Source: a virus (taxonomy: Duplodnaviria > Caudoviricetes). Taken from it: a DNA stretch of 64,000 nt. The position numbers and the translations under genes were made by a program. The notes below the pieces were generated by a model. It was not told where the DNA came from. It did not search any database and saw only the letters and a program-made list of their open reading frames with translations. Positions 38,683 to 49,700 of the stretch are shown here, piece after piece (the first letter of the stretch is position 1; the number at the start of each line of letters is the position of its first letter). The stretch lies in IMG/VR virus record IMGVR_UViG_3300005973_000002; one strand, 5' to 3'.

Positions 38683-39460
38683 TGCGTCCAAAGCAAGTGC
38701 AGCTATTGGTCGCAAGACTTTAAAAAACAAACCAAAAAAAAGAAGGAAAATTTCCCGTAGAAAACCAGGCTCGAAGCCAACCAAGAAGTATTTTACGTCA
38801 GACACGCAAGATGCTATCGTAAGATATCAAAATTCAGCAGTTCAAGCTGAAAAAGATGTAATTTATGTTAAGGAAATTTTACCTGCTTTTGATGCACTGG
38901 TAGAAAATCTAATAAACGTCTACGGATTCAAGGTAATGCATGAATCCAAGCAGGACTTGAAGATAGAATGTCTTGAATTTCTTTATACAGCAGTTCACAA
39001 ATTTGATCCCACTAAGGGTTCAAAGGCTTTCTCATATTTCAATGTTGTTGCCAAAAATTGGCTAACGATCAAATCCAAGCAGAATGCCAAAAAACTAAAG
39101 CAATACATTTCTTTAGATTACAAAGAAGGCATCTCACAAACAGACTTGGATGCTATCGAACGTCAAAACATTATTCCTGGTTTTGACGAGGTGATGACAC
39201 AAGAGGAAATGAATAAATTCCTGCGTGATATAGTAGGAGAACTTGAAAAGCGAACGAGAACAGACAACGAAAAAGCAACGATTGAAGCAATTAAAATCAT
39301 CATTGATCGGCTTGATGATATTGATCTCCTTTCAAAAAGAGCGGTTCTCCTCTACATTAGAGAAATCACGGGATTGTCAAGTAAGCAACTGTCAATCGTA
39401 CTTTCGTCTCTTAAAAAACACTACAGGGAATTGCGAAAAACAGAGGAATTTTCATACTGA
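38657..39460 (+). CDS. Sigma factor-like protein (T4 gp55-like late sigma)
   Basis: Region-2-like ECLEFLY..VHKFDPTKGSKAFSYFNVVAKN and C-terminal HTH-like IREITGLSSKQLSIVL. Confidence 0.7.
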   Translation: MSNTKEKNDASKASAAIGRKTLKNKPKKRRKISRRKPGSKPTKKYFTSDTQDAIVRYQNSAVQAEKDVIYVKEILPAFDALVENLINVYGFKVMHESKQDLKIECLEFLYTAVHKFDPTKGSKAFSYFNVVAKNWLTIKSKQNAKKLKQYISLDYKEGISQTDLDAIERQNIIPGFDEVMTQEEMNKFLRDIVGELEKRTRTDNEKATIEAIKIIIDRLDDIDLLSKRAVLLYIREITGLSSKQLSIVLSSLKKHYRELRKTEEFSY

Positions 39461-39504
39461 AATTTCTAAAACGTATCAGTTGTTTGGCAATGTCATAAGC
39501 CTTA

Positions 39505-40491
39505 TTAAGGAAGTAGAGGATTATCATACTTGAACATGAAGTAGGCATCATCATCGCCGTCTTCATCTTCTATCTCTTCTTTGTCGAATGATTGCTCAAT
39601 ATCAATACTATCCCATTCATCAACCGGAATCCAATTAGTTCCGTCCCAAACATCGATATAATCAGCGTCAATTCCATCAGGAATAATGTATGCACCTGCG
39701 ACTGCGTCTTTAGAACCCAACTCGTCGTCAAATAAATCGTCTTCCAGGAATGCAGCTGGGTCGATTTTTAAGACCACAGGCACCAATCCATCTTCAAGAG
39801 GATTGTCACTATTATGCTCTGCAAATTGTTCTGCTCTGTTGAACCAAAAACTAACACCATCATCTTCTGTCAGAAAGACACCTTTCTTAGAATGAGCATC
39901 ATAACCACCAGCACCGATAGACCTAGCCATCCCCGGCCTCAATCCAGCCTCTGAGATGCCGCCTAAGCGGTTGAAGTAAGTTACATGATACAGAGGGTCG
40001 TTAATTTCCGAACCGTCTATAACCTCTTTTACAATATTATTAAAGCGTCGCTTTTTGATGGGTTGATTTCTGAAATACTCTATAATATCTTTTTCTGATG
40101 GTAGATCACGCCTACCCAACGCCACGCCTAACCAACCAATCATAGGAACGTCTCTATTTGGGAGACCTAAACCTGAACCTCGTGCATCGTTACATGGATA
40201 ACAAGACCAGGCGAGGTTCCACCTATCAAATTTGGGGCCTCCAAGAGAGCGTAGAATGATGTGTTCGACACCAACTAAAGTTTTTTCTCCACAAAAGGCA
40301 CAGCTTTTACCAACTCTTTCTTTTTTAAGTCGGCCAACTCTCCAACCTGTAGGTCTGTTCTGTTTTGATTTCAGATTTTTTAACCACTCTATGTAATCAG
40401 CAGCGTGTTTAACATCGGCCCCATCCAAACTTTCTGCAAGTTGTTGGAACTCTTCATCAACAAGCAATTCAATCAATGTTTTGATGGACAT
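39505..40491 (-). CDS. HNH nuclease domain fused to an ADP-ribosyltransferase-like domain
   Basis: CAFC...EHIILRSLGG...NLAWSCYPCN, then LYHVT...GISEAGLRP...GVFLT. Confidence 0.6.
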   Translation of the reverse strand: MSIKTLIELLVDEEFQQLAESLDGADVKHAADYIEWLKNLKSKQNRPTGWRVGRLKKERVGKSCAFCGEKTLVGVEHIILRSLGGPKFDRWNLAWSCYPCNDARGSGLGLPNRDVPMIGWLGVALGRRDLPSEKDIIEYFRNQPIKKRRFNNIVKEVIDGSEINDPLYHVTYFNRLGGISEAGLRPGMARSIGAGGYDAHSKKGVFLTEDDGVSFWFNRAEQFAEHNSDNPLEDGLVPVVLKIDPAAFLEDDLFDDELGSKDAVAGAYIIPDGIDADYIDVWDGTNWIPVDEWDSIDIEQSFDKEEIEDEDGDDDAYFMFKYDNPLLP

Positions 40492-40550
40492 AATTGATTA
40501 TAAATAGATCATTCATACTTTCATTGAAACCCACCAGCGGTTTTTCGTAC

Positions 40551-41501
40551 TCAAGAAAACACAAGTGTAAATAACTGTACGAATGTATCGACTCCCATAT
40601 CATCATTGTAAATCTTCCCAACAAAGAATACATGTTTTGACACACCTTCACTGGTTGTAAACAAACCAAAGTCAATTACATCAAGTTTCTGTAATTCATT
40701 TTGAGCACTTTCAAAGAATTGACCAACAATGTTGCTTTGGCGAGAAGTTTCAGTAAATAAGAATTCTTGGGCATAGCCCATATCTTCAAATTGCCGAATT
40801 TCACGTTCTACATCTTCAAATGTAAGAATTGGTTCTTGATTCAGGTTTATAAATTCCCCCAAAGGTTCGGCTTCTGTGGTGCCAAGCCTTGGCTTATTAA
40901 CTGGTGGAAGAAATTGGTAATTTGGAATGTGACTTAACCGTTTGTCCTGAAAAAAACCTTCAACATTATTAAGATTGGCAGTAGAAATAGAAGCTGTAGA
41001 AAATGGTCTAGTTTCTGTTATGGAAAATGTAGCTTCTTTTGGTCCAACTATAAATTGACGCTCCCTAAAATCGATTGGGTCTGGGCTTCTTAAAATGTAG
41101 AGTTTTTTAAAATTGTCAATTGAACTGTCGAGAAGTCGTTCAGAAAGACTGGCATACTTGGAACCAGTAACTACAACTGTTTCATTTTCGGATGAGGAAG
41201 ACAAAATTTGTCCGCCACGAATGATGTATCGATCCGATCCAGAGATTGGAAATCCGGTCAGCCTTCCAGAATCATCTGCTTCGAGCGTAATTGTATCCTG
41301 AGGAAGATTAGTTGCCTCAAGTTGAATTCTGTAGGTGTCATCAAGACCTCCACTAACAATCGTATCCTGATTATAGAACATGCCCGAGTCGGTAAAAGAA
41401 TAAAATTCTGCAATCAGACGACCTTGTGCAATTTGTTTACGGCCTTCCGTTGTTAGAAACGTGTCGAAGATTCTATTTTTTGAATTTAATATACCGGCGA
41501 T
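40551..41501 (-). CDS. Putative virion structural protein; probable ATC start
   Basis: The frame extends 40 codons upstream of the track ATG as (I)AGILNSKNRIFDTFLTTEGRKQIAQG. AAAGGAGG SD lies 8 nt before ATC. Confidence 0.7.
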   Translation of the reverse strand: MAGILNSKNRIFDTFLTTEGRKQIAQGRLIAEFYSFTDSGMFYNQDTIVSGGLDDTYRIQLEATNLPQDTITLEADDSGRLTGFPISGSDRYIIRGGQILSSSSENETVVVTGSKYASLSERLLDSSIDNFKKLYILRSPDPIDFRERQFIVGPKEATFSITETRPFSTASISTANLNNVEGFFQDKRLSHIPNYQFLPPVNKPRLGTTEAEPLGEFINLNQEPILTFEDVEREIRQFEDMGYAQEFLFTETSRQSNIVGQFFESAQNELQKLDVIDFGLFTTSEGVSKHVFFVGKIYNDDMGVDTFVQLFTLVFS

Positions 41502-41545
41502 GACCCTACCCTCCTTTGGGGAACTTATTAACTTTTATCTCAATT

Positions 41546-42805
41546 TTATCTCAAATCTGAAAACGGTTTCCCGCTTCTGTAATGAATGTCGTATATTCCT
41601 GAATCATCTGGGTTGTAAGATGGATTACTTGCAGTTAAGTAATCAATGTACCGATTATAAGAAGTTGTTCCGCTTACAAATTGTATTTCTATGGGATAGA
41701 ACACGCTTACATTACTATTGTTTTGATTTAAAATTGCGGAAATTGGCCTTTGTTCGAGAATGTCACGAAGTTGTCCAAATCTATCACTTCTAAATACAAC
41801 ATTAAATCTTTGCGGTAACGAATTGATGAGACCATATTTGAAACCTCTAACTATTGGTCCATAAAGTACAGCAGGAGGATTTAAAAAAAGATCAGTTTCG
41901 TCATAAAGTCCACTAGTGCTAATGTCACGATATGAAGGCAGGTTTCCCCCTAGGTGAACAAACGGACCAGTTCTGTTGTCCTCACTAGGCGCAGCAGATG
42001 CAAGGTTGCCTACTATTCTTAAACCGTCTCCCGTTCCAAACCATGCTTTTTGCAACAACTCCGAAGAAAGTCCAACACTTTCCCATTTTTTTATATCGGA
42101 ATCGCCTCTGGGCAAGGCAGCGGTCGGATGAACTGGTAAGCTGGCTACAAAATGTTTTCGATGAGAATCATTGCTGCCATACATGATAAAAGAAATAGTA
42201 TTAGAGCTAGATGGAACGGTCAACGTCCCCCCGCCAGAATCGCTAACAATTGTTAACGAGTTTATTAAAACATTGCCAGGATTGAAGATACGTGGTTTAA
42301 ATCTCAAACCTCTTTTTGATTGGAATGGAAATTCCACATGCCACCGTGATGTTGTTGTGTGACCTGGGATATTCTCCATTTTAATAAGATGCGTAGCTGC
42401 ACCAGGAACAACCCTTGGGTCTGATACTGATGGAATATTAAACTCGGCCGAACCACTTACACCATTCTCAAAAAGAGTAAATTCTCCACCGTTGTATTCT
42501 TTGTATATGTCCAAAACACCAGGAGCACATGAATCAAGATACGTTTCGTCAGATGTGCCTATGGTAACAATACGAACACTTTTTTTATTATAATTGCCTG
42601 AAACAAATCCCAACCATGTGTCGTAGAGCCACTTTTTTTCAAAAAATTGACTGGTCAAACCTGTTGAAGCTTCAGCTACAACTGCTCGACTACGTTTAAA
42701 TGTGGCAGCATCTTCAGACAAGATATTACCATTGACAGTTTGGCTTGAATAAGAACCACTGTAAGTCGGTCTAGTTTCGGTACGGTATTGATCAAAGATT
42801 GTCAT
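41546..42805 (-). CDS. Putative virion structural protein
   Basis: 419 aa, S/T/G-rich, within the baseplate operon. Confidence 0.6.
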   Translation of the reverse strand: MTIFDQYRTETRPTYSGSYSSQTVNGNILSEDAATFKRSRAVVAEASTGLTSQFFEKKWLYDTWLGFVSGNYNKKSVRIVTIGTSDETYLDSCAPGVLDIYKEYNGGEFTLFENGVSGSAEFNIPSVSDPRVVPGAATHLIKMENIPGHTTTSRWHVEFPFQSKRGLRFKPRIFNPGNVLINSLTIVSDSGGGTLTVPSSSNTISFIMYGSNDSHRKHFVASLPVHPTAALPRGDSDIKKWESVGLSSELLQKAWFGTGDGLRIVGNLASAAPSEDNRTGPFVHLGGNLPSYRDISTSGLYDETDLFLNPPAVLYGPIVRGFKYGLINSLPQRFNVVFRSDRFGQLRDILEQRPISAILNQNNSNVSVFYPIEIQFVSGTTSYNRYIDYLTASNPSYNPDDSGIYDIHYRSGKPFSDLR

Positions 42806-44721
42806 TACTCAATCACCTCGTGTACAGACTCAGACGTCAATAGTTGATTAAGCGTATCATGCTCTTCTCTGTCTTGCCTAAGAGGTGAACCATAAATAGT
42901 GATTTTAGCATCGCCTGGTAAAAAGTTAATTTCACTCAAGACCGCACCTGGCAATGCTGTTTCCCCATTTACAAAATCTGTAATTGGTTGCTGCCAGCCA
43001 ATCACTAATTGATCCGAAGGCAATAGAAGGTATGGATTGATGTGTAGAAAATTATCAGGCGTTGGTTCAACGATAGTAGTGGATGTAGATAAATCCTCGT
43101 TTATTGCTGTTGCTTGAAGTGACGCTATCTCAGATGAACGAGAGCGACCCGTAGGAAATAAAAGGCCAAGCCCATTTCGATTGCCATTCTTATAATTCAC
43201 ATATGGACCTCCGTAGTTTATAATTGCAATACCCTCTCTGTATGTTCCTGGTCCAGCTTGAAATCGCATGAGAAACCTAGATAAGTCTACCCCACTTATA
43301 GGGTCAATAACTGGAGAGTCAAATATTGAATCTTTATTCGGTGATCCGGCCAGCAATTCTAATTTAACTCTACCAGCCCAAGAAAGTGAGCTTAGATCAT
43401 TCTCAGCATTCTCATTTGACTCAAAAACAAAATCTCTTGTCATAAGTGACTTGGGGTTGTCCTCACGGAATGTTGATACATTACCAAAGTAATATGTGCC
43501 AGGGTATCGTTGAGAACTGGTGGATATATTAGCAGCGAAGCTACTAATGCCGCCCCAGGTGATAATATCTCTGTTTGTAGAAACTGTTTGCGCTGTTCCA
43601 TTGGCAGATAAAGTTACGACCGTTGGCACTTCTGTCACCAGTGTCCCGTCATCTCTCCCGAGTATTTGGTATGAATCAACATACCTATATTTCGCAAATG
43701 ATCTTTGGTTTAAAATAAAGAAATTGTTAATTGCAGCTGGTATCACAGATTGTGTTATGTGCGTAACTCCAAGAGAAGCTGTTGTCATCGTATTTGAAAA
43801 TACTGTATACGCAGCACTCAGCTCAACAACTATTTTTTCAACCAGAAAAGGTTCGGAAATATAACTTGACAAGCTCAATGTTTGTGAAGATGTTGCATGG
43901 TACTTCCCGTGGAATGGAAACCCAAATGTATTTGTTGGTCGCCCTGCGTTGTTCATAAAAGCAAAGGCTCCACTAACTGATGCACTTGTAATAAGATTGT
44001 TTGAAGCAACTATTCCCGGAGTAAAACCATACATGATATGATTTCCGAACGGAACCGGTGGAGCAATATTTGCTGCTCCTTGACTTACAAATCCGGTAGG
44101 TGTACCTGTTCCAATTCCCTGCCAGGTTTTATTAACGAAATTGTAATAAAGCATTTCATAACTCAACCCATCTGTTGCTGTGGAAGGACGAGTTGCATTG
44201 CCCCAATCTGCACCACTTACAAATAATGCTGCACCACAAGTAGAATCTACGCTTATGTCTATTTCTAATTTTGTTTTTGACCACAAAGGTTGTTTTAATT
44301 CATCACCAAAAACAAGCGGGTTAGAACCAGTTGCGTAAAAAGAATTATTGTCTGATTTCCCGTCAACAGCAGGATTGTCATAGTCTCTAAAAGGAGTCAG
44401 ACCTTGGCCAGGTGTAAAATGTGCAATCTGATCTCCCACACCCTTTCTAAGAGAGCCGGTTGTGGTGATATCTGTTAATTGTTCAGAGGGATATTTGATA
44501 AATTGACTACCCGAATTTATACCAATTCCAAGTTCTAAGTTGGAGTAACGAAGAAAGTTTATTGCATTGGTGTCATTCCATAGGACATCATAATTTCCAG
44601 TTCTGTTGTCAGAAGAGATCCTTACTTGTGATGGAAAGCTGCCCGTGGTTGCATCTTCTTGTTGAAGTTGCAACTTTGGTGGCAAACCTTTTATTCTAGT
44701 TTTTTTATTTATTCTTGCCAT
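42805..44721 (-). CDS. Putative virion structural protein
   Basis: 638 aa, beta-rich S/T/G composition, translationally coupled to its neighbours. Confidence 0.6.
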   Translation of the reverse strand: MARINKKTRIKGLPPKLQLQQEDATTGSFPSQVRISSDNRTGNYDVLWNDTNAINFLRYSNLELGIGINSGSQFIKYPSEQLTDITTTGSLRKGVGDQIAHFTPGQGLTPFRDYDNPAVDGKSDNNSFYATGSNPLVFGDELKQPLWSKTKLEIDISVDSTCGAALFVSGADWGNATRPSTATDGLSYEMLYYNFVNKTWQGIGTGTPTGFVSQGAANIAPPVPFGNHIMYGFTPGIVASNNLITSASVSGAFAFMNNAGRPTNTFGFPFHGKYHATSSQTLSLSSYISEPFLVEKIVVELSAAYTVFSNTMTTASLGVTHITQSVIPAAINNFFILNQRSFAKYRYVDSYQILGRDDGTLVTEVPTVVTLSANGTAQTVSTNRDIITWGGISSFAANISTSSQRYPGTYYFGNVSTFREDNPKSLMTRDFVFESNENAENDLSSLSWAGRVKLELLAGSPNKDSIFDSPVIDPISGVDLSRFLMRFQAGPGTYREGIAIINYGGPYVNYKNGNRNGLGLLFPTGRSRSSEIASLQATAINEDLSTSTTIVEPTPDNFLHINPYLLLPSDQLVIGWQQPITDFVNGETALPGAVLSEINFLPGDAKITIYGSPLRQDREEHDTLNQLLTSESVHEVIE

Positions 44722-45581
44722 TAGGCTCCTCTGAACAATCCTCTATAGGCGATGGAATCTGTGCCATAAATTGCCGCTTCGGGACCATAAACATCCCCAC
44801 CAGCGGTGGCTGATTTCTTACTAAACGTTTCTCTTATATCTTCACTTAAATCAAAATCCAATCTTTTTACTGCGTCAAGCATATCTTGATTATCGATTTG
44901 CAGTCTTTCTATTATCCTCTCATCTCTAGTATCATCAAATGGATCAATGTTTCTAATAATAACCGGGGTAAAACCTTCAATAATAACTGAGCCAAAATAC
45001 TCTTGACCTTCATCCAAAAAGAATCGTGGATCTGACGGTGCATTATAGTCAATAAATTGTTCTACAACATTGTTTCCGCCAAGTAAATCATCAAAACCAT
45101 TACCATCTTCCAAAGAACCCTTAACGCTACGTGGGTAGAAAGGCCCTTCGTTTGTGTTTTTACGCATTGGTATGGTGAAGGGTTCGATTATTGCTTCTTC
45201 TTCTTGTTGGGGACCATTGTTAAAAACTATTGGTAGTGGATAATTCGGATCTTCAATATACCAAACTGGATTAAATTCTGGCTGTTCTTCAAAAATACCT
45301 GAGTTTTCAAATTGTGTAAAACTTCTTGCTTGTCCAATGGTTATAACACGTATTTGATGGTCAAGACGTCCGCCCCAAATTTTTGGTTGGATTGACTGAT
45401 ATAAGTGCCTTGGCATTCGCAAGGAAACACCTTGACGAAACCTGTCAATGACAGTGGTGTCATATCCCTGCGTAGCGCCAAACTCCTGTACGGCCTGTTG
45501 GATACGTGGTCCATCAGTATCATTAAATGGTGTAAACTCACCAATTGGTAGGTTGTCATTCTCTGTAATAGTAGCAATCAT
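44721..45581 (-). CDS. Putative virion structural protein
   Basis: 286 aa with GAGGT SD, within the operon. Confidence 0.6.
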   Translation of the reverse strand: MIATITENDNLPIGEFTPFNDTDGPRIQQAVQEFGATQGYDTTVIDRFRQGVSLRMPRHLYQSIQPKIWGGRLDHQIRVITIGQARSFTQFENSGIFEEQPEFNPVWYIEDPNYPLPIVFNNGPQQEEEAIIEPFTIPMRKNTNEGPFYPRSVKGSLEDGNGFDDLLGGNNVVEQFIDYNAPSDPRFFLDEGQEYFGSVIIEGFTPVIIRNIDPFDDTRDERIIERLQIDNQDMLDAVKRLDFDLSEDIRETFSKKSATAGGDVYGPEAAIYGTDSIAYRGLFRGA

Positions 45582-45593
45582 TTACACCTCAAT

Positions 45594-46651
45594 TTATTCT
45601 ACTAACACCCAACTTTTATGATGTCGTCTTTTGCCTTGAAATACCTTGATAAGTAGGCTTCTTTCTAAATTGTGTTTTCTGCAAAATTTAGAAAGGTTTG
45701 TTATCGGTCCATAAACATTCCCATTTGGATCTTTGATTTTTATATCATAGGTTTTTTGTCTAGACTCTATAAGAGAGTTTGCAACGTGTTTTGGCATTCG
45801 CCTTCCTGTGTTTGCTTTGATAAGTGCTTTTTTTGTTTTTGACAACATTCGTTTGCCGAAATTGGGATTTTTAGTTCCGATCTTTTGGTTTCTTAACTTT
45901 TTCAGTGTCTCCTTTGAGTGCTTTTTCCCCATGTTCGCTTTAGAAATTTTTTCTTTTGTTTCATTACTCATGGGTATTTTTTCAACACCGCAATATTCTT
46001 TATTTTCTTCTAACACCCATCCCTTGTGATGTATTCGTTTACCCTGAATTACCTCAGACAAGTGTTTGTTGCATAAATTATGTTTAGCTGCAAACTTGGC
46101 TAGATTTTCTATCTTAGTAAATTTTTTTCCTTTTGGAGAAAGTAATGATGTGTAATATACTTTAGCAGCAGAATTAATTGGTTTCACATCTAACAATCTC
46201 TTAACCAGAGCTTCTTTTCTTGTAGGATTGTTTTTGTAGAATTTTTTAGGCGCTTGAGAAATTTTTTGTTTATGTACCTTGGAAAAACCATCCCGGTCCT
46301 TTGACCAACATGTTCTTTTACTAGATTTCGGCTTTTCTGAAAATTAAAGCAATTATCCCAATTTCCTAAACCAACCTGCTCTTTGAGCAATTCCTCTTCT
46401 CGGATTGTTCTCGCTAGGCGATCACCTTCAATTACTTCAACAACTTCAAACAAAAAAGCATCTTCGCCATGTTTATTGAAACTAGCTTGAAGATGTTTGT
46501 TCTGATGTTTTTGCTTCCTCAAGGAAGAGGCATGCTGCGAAGCACGCACTTGAAAACATTTAGCAGAACCAATATAAATTTTGTTGTTTTTGATGTTGGT
46601 AATCCGATAAATTCCACCTTTTTTAGAATTTCCTTTATAATCTTTTTTCAT
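45594..46651 (-). pseudogene. GIY-YIG homing endonuclease split by a -1 frameshift
   Basis: GGIYRITNIKNNKIYIGSAK in 46190-46651. The linker KPKSSKRTCWSK and NUMOD3/NUMOD1 part continue in the -1 frame from the A4 run at 46333-46336. Confidence 0.85.
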
Positions 46652-46702
46652 ACATAACTCTCAATCAAAGTTAGTACAAATCAAAGGATACGTTTTGGGC
46701 AT

Positions 46703-49700
46703 TCAGTATTTGGCAAATTCGCCGGTGATCAGTCTAAGCAGAATTGTGTCTTTCAGGGCATGTCTTGTGTTGTCTCCAAGATAGATATCCGAAAATTGAT
46801 ATTCTACTTTGCCTCGTTCCAACATATGCGATTCGACAACGAAGTTTGTCCCAAGAAAACGAGTTTTTCTTGGAACAAGTTGTTCAACAAATGTACCAAT
46901 GTTGGTATCAAACCATTTATAGAATTCAAAGAACAATTTCAAGTTCATCTTGTTGACCAACTTATTAAAGTACACCTCTCTAAGAGATTCAAGATCGGGA
47001 TAATCAGGAGAGAATAACAATTCTGGAGAGCCAATGGCATCGTTTAATTCGTCAAGTGACGCAAAAATTGTAACAATATCCTGGTCCAAGGCATCAACAA
47101 CTGAGTAGTCAATAGTAAATCTATTGTTGTCAGTCGGTGTTTCAGAGGGCGGTGTTTCATAAACAGGAGCTACTTCGGCCCATGGAGTTTCTTGTACAAG
47201 ATCAAAGTTTTGAAAACTTCGAACACGTACTTTTTCAGTAGTAGCTGCTTGATCAAATTTTGGTGAAAGATAACTAAAAAAGAACCTTTCTGGAACGATA
47301 ACGGATGAGTTAGCTGGAAAACCAGAACCAGTCAAAGTAAAGTCATTTTGCGTAAAATCAGTAAAGTAAATACGTCCCGCAGAATCGGACTGGGTAACAA
47401 TTTGGTCTGTTGAAACATCCAAACGCAAACGCTCCCAAGAGCCGGTGTTCGTTGTGTTGAAATTAAAGTTTGTTTTGGGATCGTCAACACCAACCGAGCG
47501 ATAGTTTCTAACATGTTCCTTCCACTCGTTGTCTCGCAATCCTCTCGACCAGAACCGTACTTGTGATACCTTACCGACAAAATTGGTAACTTTTGCCGTG
47601 CTGCCCACTCCAGTTGAATCTAAATCTGTCGAATTCAAAAAAGTGTCTGAAAAATTTCCCAGACTTTGAGAACCCCAAACAAGAAAAGAGCCAGAGATGT
47701 TTACGGAGCCAGTAGTGTTCTGCCATAAGCTGGTACTTGTGTCGCCATTATAGTCGTTATAGTATGCTGAAGTTACATATGATTCAAGGATTTCTCCGAA
47801 ACCTTGTCTGGCCACTCGTAAGAAATAAGACGAAGAAACCACAGAACCCACTTGATCATTTCTGTTTCTGCCAAATGAAACATACCACTGTCTACCATCG
47901 AAAATATCTGCTCCGGTGATAGACAGTGCAAGCGGATCAACACTCGCAGAAGTATTTTGTCGAACATACAGCGTAGTGTGGCCTCCTCTTACGGTCACAA
48001 GATTTGTTATAACGCTCTCCGCTGGCGATAAAGTTCCAGAAGTATGAATACGTATTAAACTTTGTGAAGTAAATCCAAAATCTCTTACGGGCATTCTATA
48101 AGTGCCCTCGTAAGTCCATGAACCTGAAGTTAAAAGCCTGTCGTCAAACGTCGGAGTGGAGCTACCAGGTTCAGGGAACCCTGGCTCTGTCCTACTGCTC
48201 GCAGTAAGGAAAGGGCTGGTTACAAAGCCACCTGAAACAAAGTCCAACATCGTGGAAAATTCATTTCTCTTGTCTCTTGCAAACGTAAGAGGGAGACGTG
48301 AAGGTCCACCGTATTCTCTGATTCTAAAATTGTTGTCAGGATCAATTCCCACAGAACGAATGAAAGATTTTATTGAATGAAGGGTTCCTTTGGAACGAAT
48401 AACATCTTGAAGATTGATCAAGATTCTTCGCCAAATCTGATTTCGAATTTCAAGCAAAGAAAGGTCGTTGGTACTAATGTCACTCTGTATGTTCTCAGCC
48501 TCAATAAACTGTTCAAGCGAACTTCCATCAAACAGTGGAGGAAGTTCGATACCTTGATTTCTTGCTAGGGATAGTAGAAATTGGTCAGGAACAGTATCAG
48601 TATTGTCATAATCTACATGATTCAAAGTGCTTAATGTTTGTATGTAGAGCTTCATCTCATCGAAGAATTTTGCCCAAGTGTACAGTAGTAACAATAGTGT
48701 TTGAGTAGCTCCAAGACGAACCGAACGTGGGTCATCTCCACTTTGTAGAGCATCTACAATAGCTCCAGTTTCCGTTTCGAGTCCTTCCTCCGATTGACCT
48801 TCGAGGAAATAATGCACTGGAATAAGTTTAGTAATGAGATTGGGATTGTCATTGTCATACAATGAAGCCGAAAGTAAGAGTCTATCTCTAAATGCAGCAA
48901 GATTTTCTTGTGAAGGAAACAAGATAGGTGAGTCAGCTATTTTTTCATATATGACAGGACTTGGTCCAGCAATAGAAGATGTCGGTACTTCACGAACTCC
49001 AAGAACCAATGAGTTGGTATTAAGTCGACCATGCAAAGAATTGGAAGAGTGATCTAAAACGATAGGCGAATTGCTGCCAGATGGTTCATTAAATTTAAAG
49101 TAAAGTACCAGGTCATCCGAAGCAAAAACAGCCTTCTCCTTAAAAAGATTTCTTTCGTTTTCAGTTCTTACAGAATGCCAAATTCTCAACTCATCTATTG
49201 CGCCAGAAAATGTAGTTTCAGGTGTAAACAGAACTGACGGACCGAAAGAAGATGTAATAGCACTTCCAGAACCAATTAACATATCTGCTGTCTGCGAAGC
49301 TATCGGACCAAATTCAATAGCTTGTGAAGAACTTGCAAAAAATCTTTGATTAACAAACCCGAATATTTTATTAACGCTTTGATTGCGGTTCCACACCCAA
49401 GCAACATGATTCCATTTTCCCTTTTCAACCTCTAGTGTTACTTGGTCGGCGTTTGTTCCAGAGAGTACGTGAAAACTCAAAGAACCAGTTGTTGTTGAAG
49501 CAGAACCAGAAAGAGAAACATAGAATCCTTGTTGACTCAACGAAGCATTTGGGTTTACATGTTTGTCTATAATGGCTGAAGCTGAATTTTCTTGGCCTGG
49601 TAGATAAATCCACATTTCTAATGTCATTGGGTCAATGTCTGGATTGATTAAAGTTTGACCCGTTCGATTTGTCGATACAGTTGGGAAGGCTGCACCGGCA

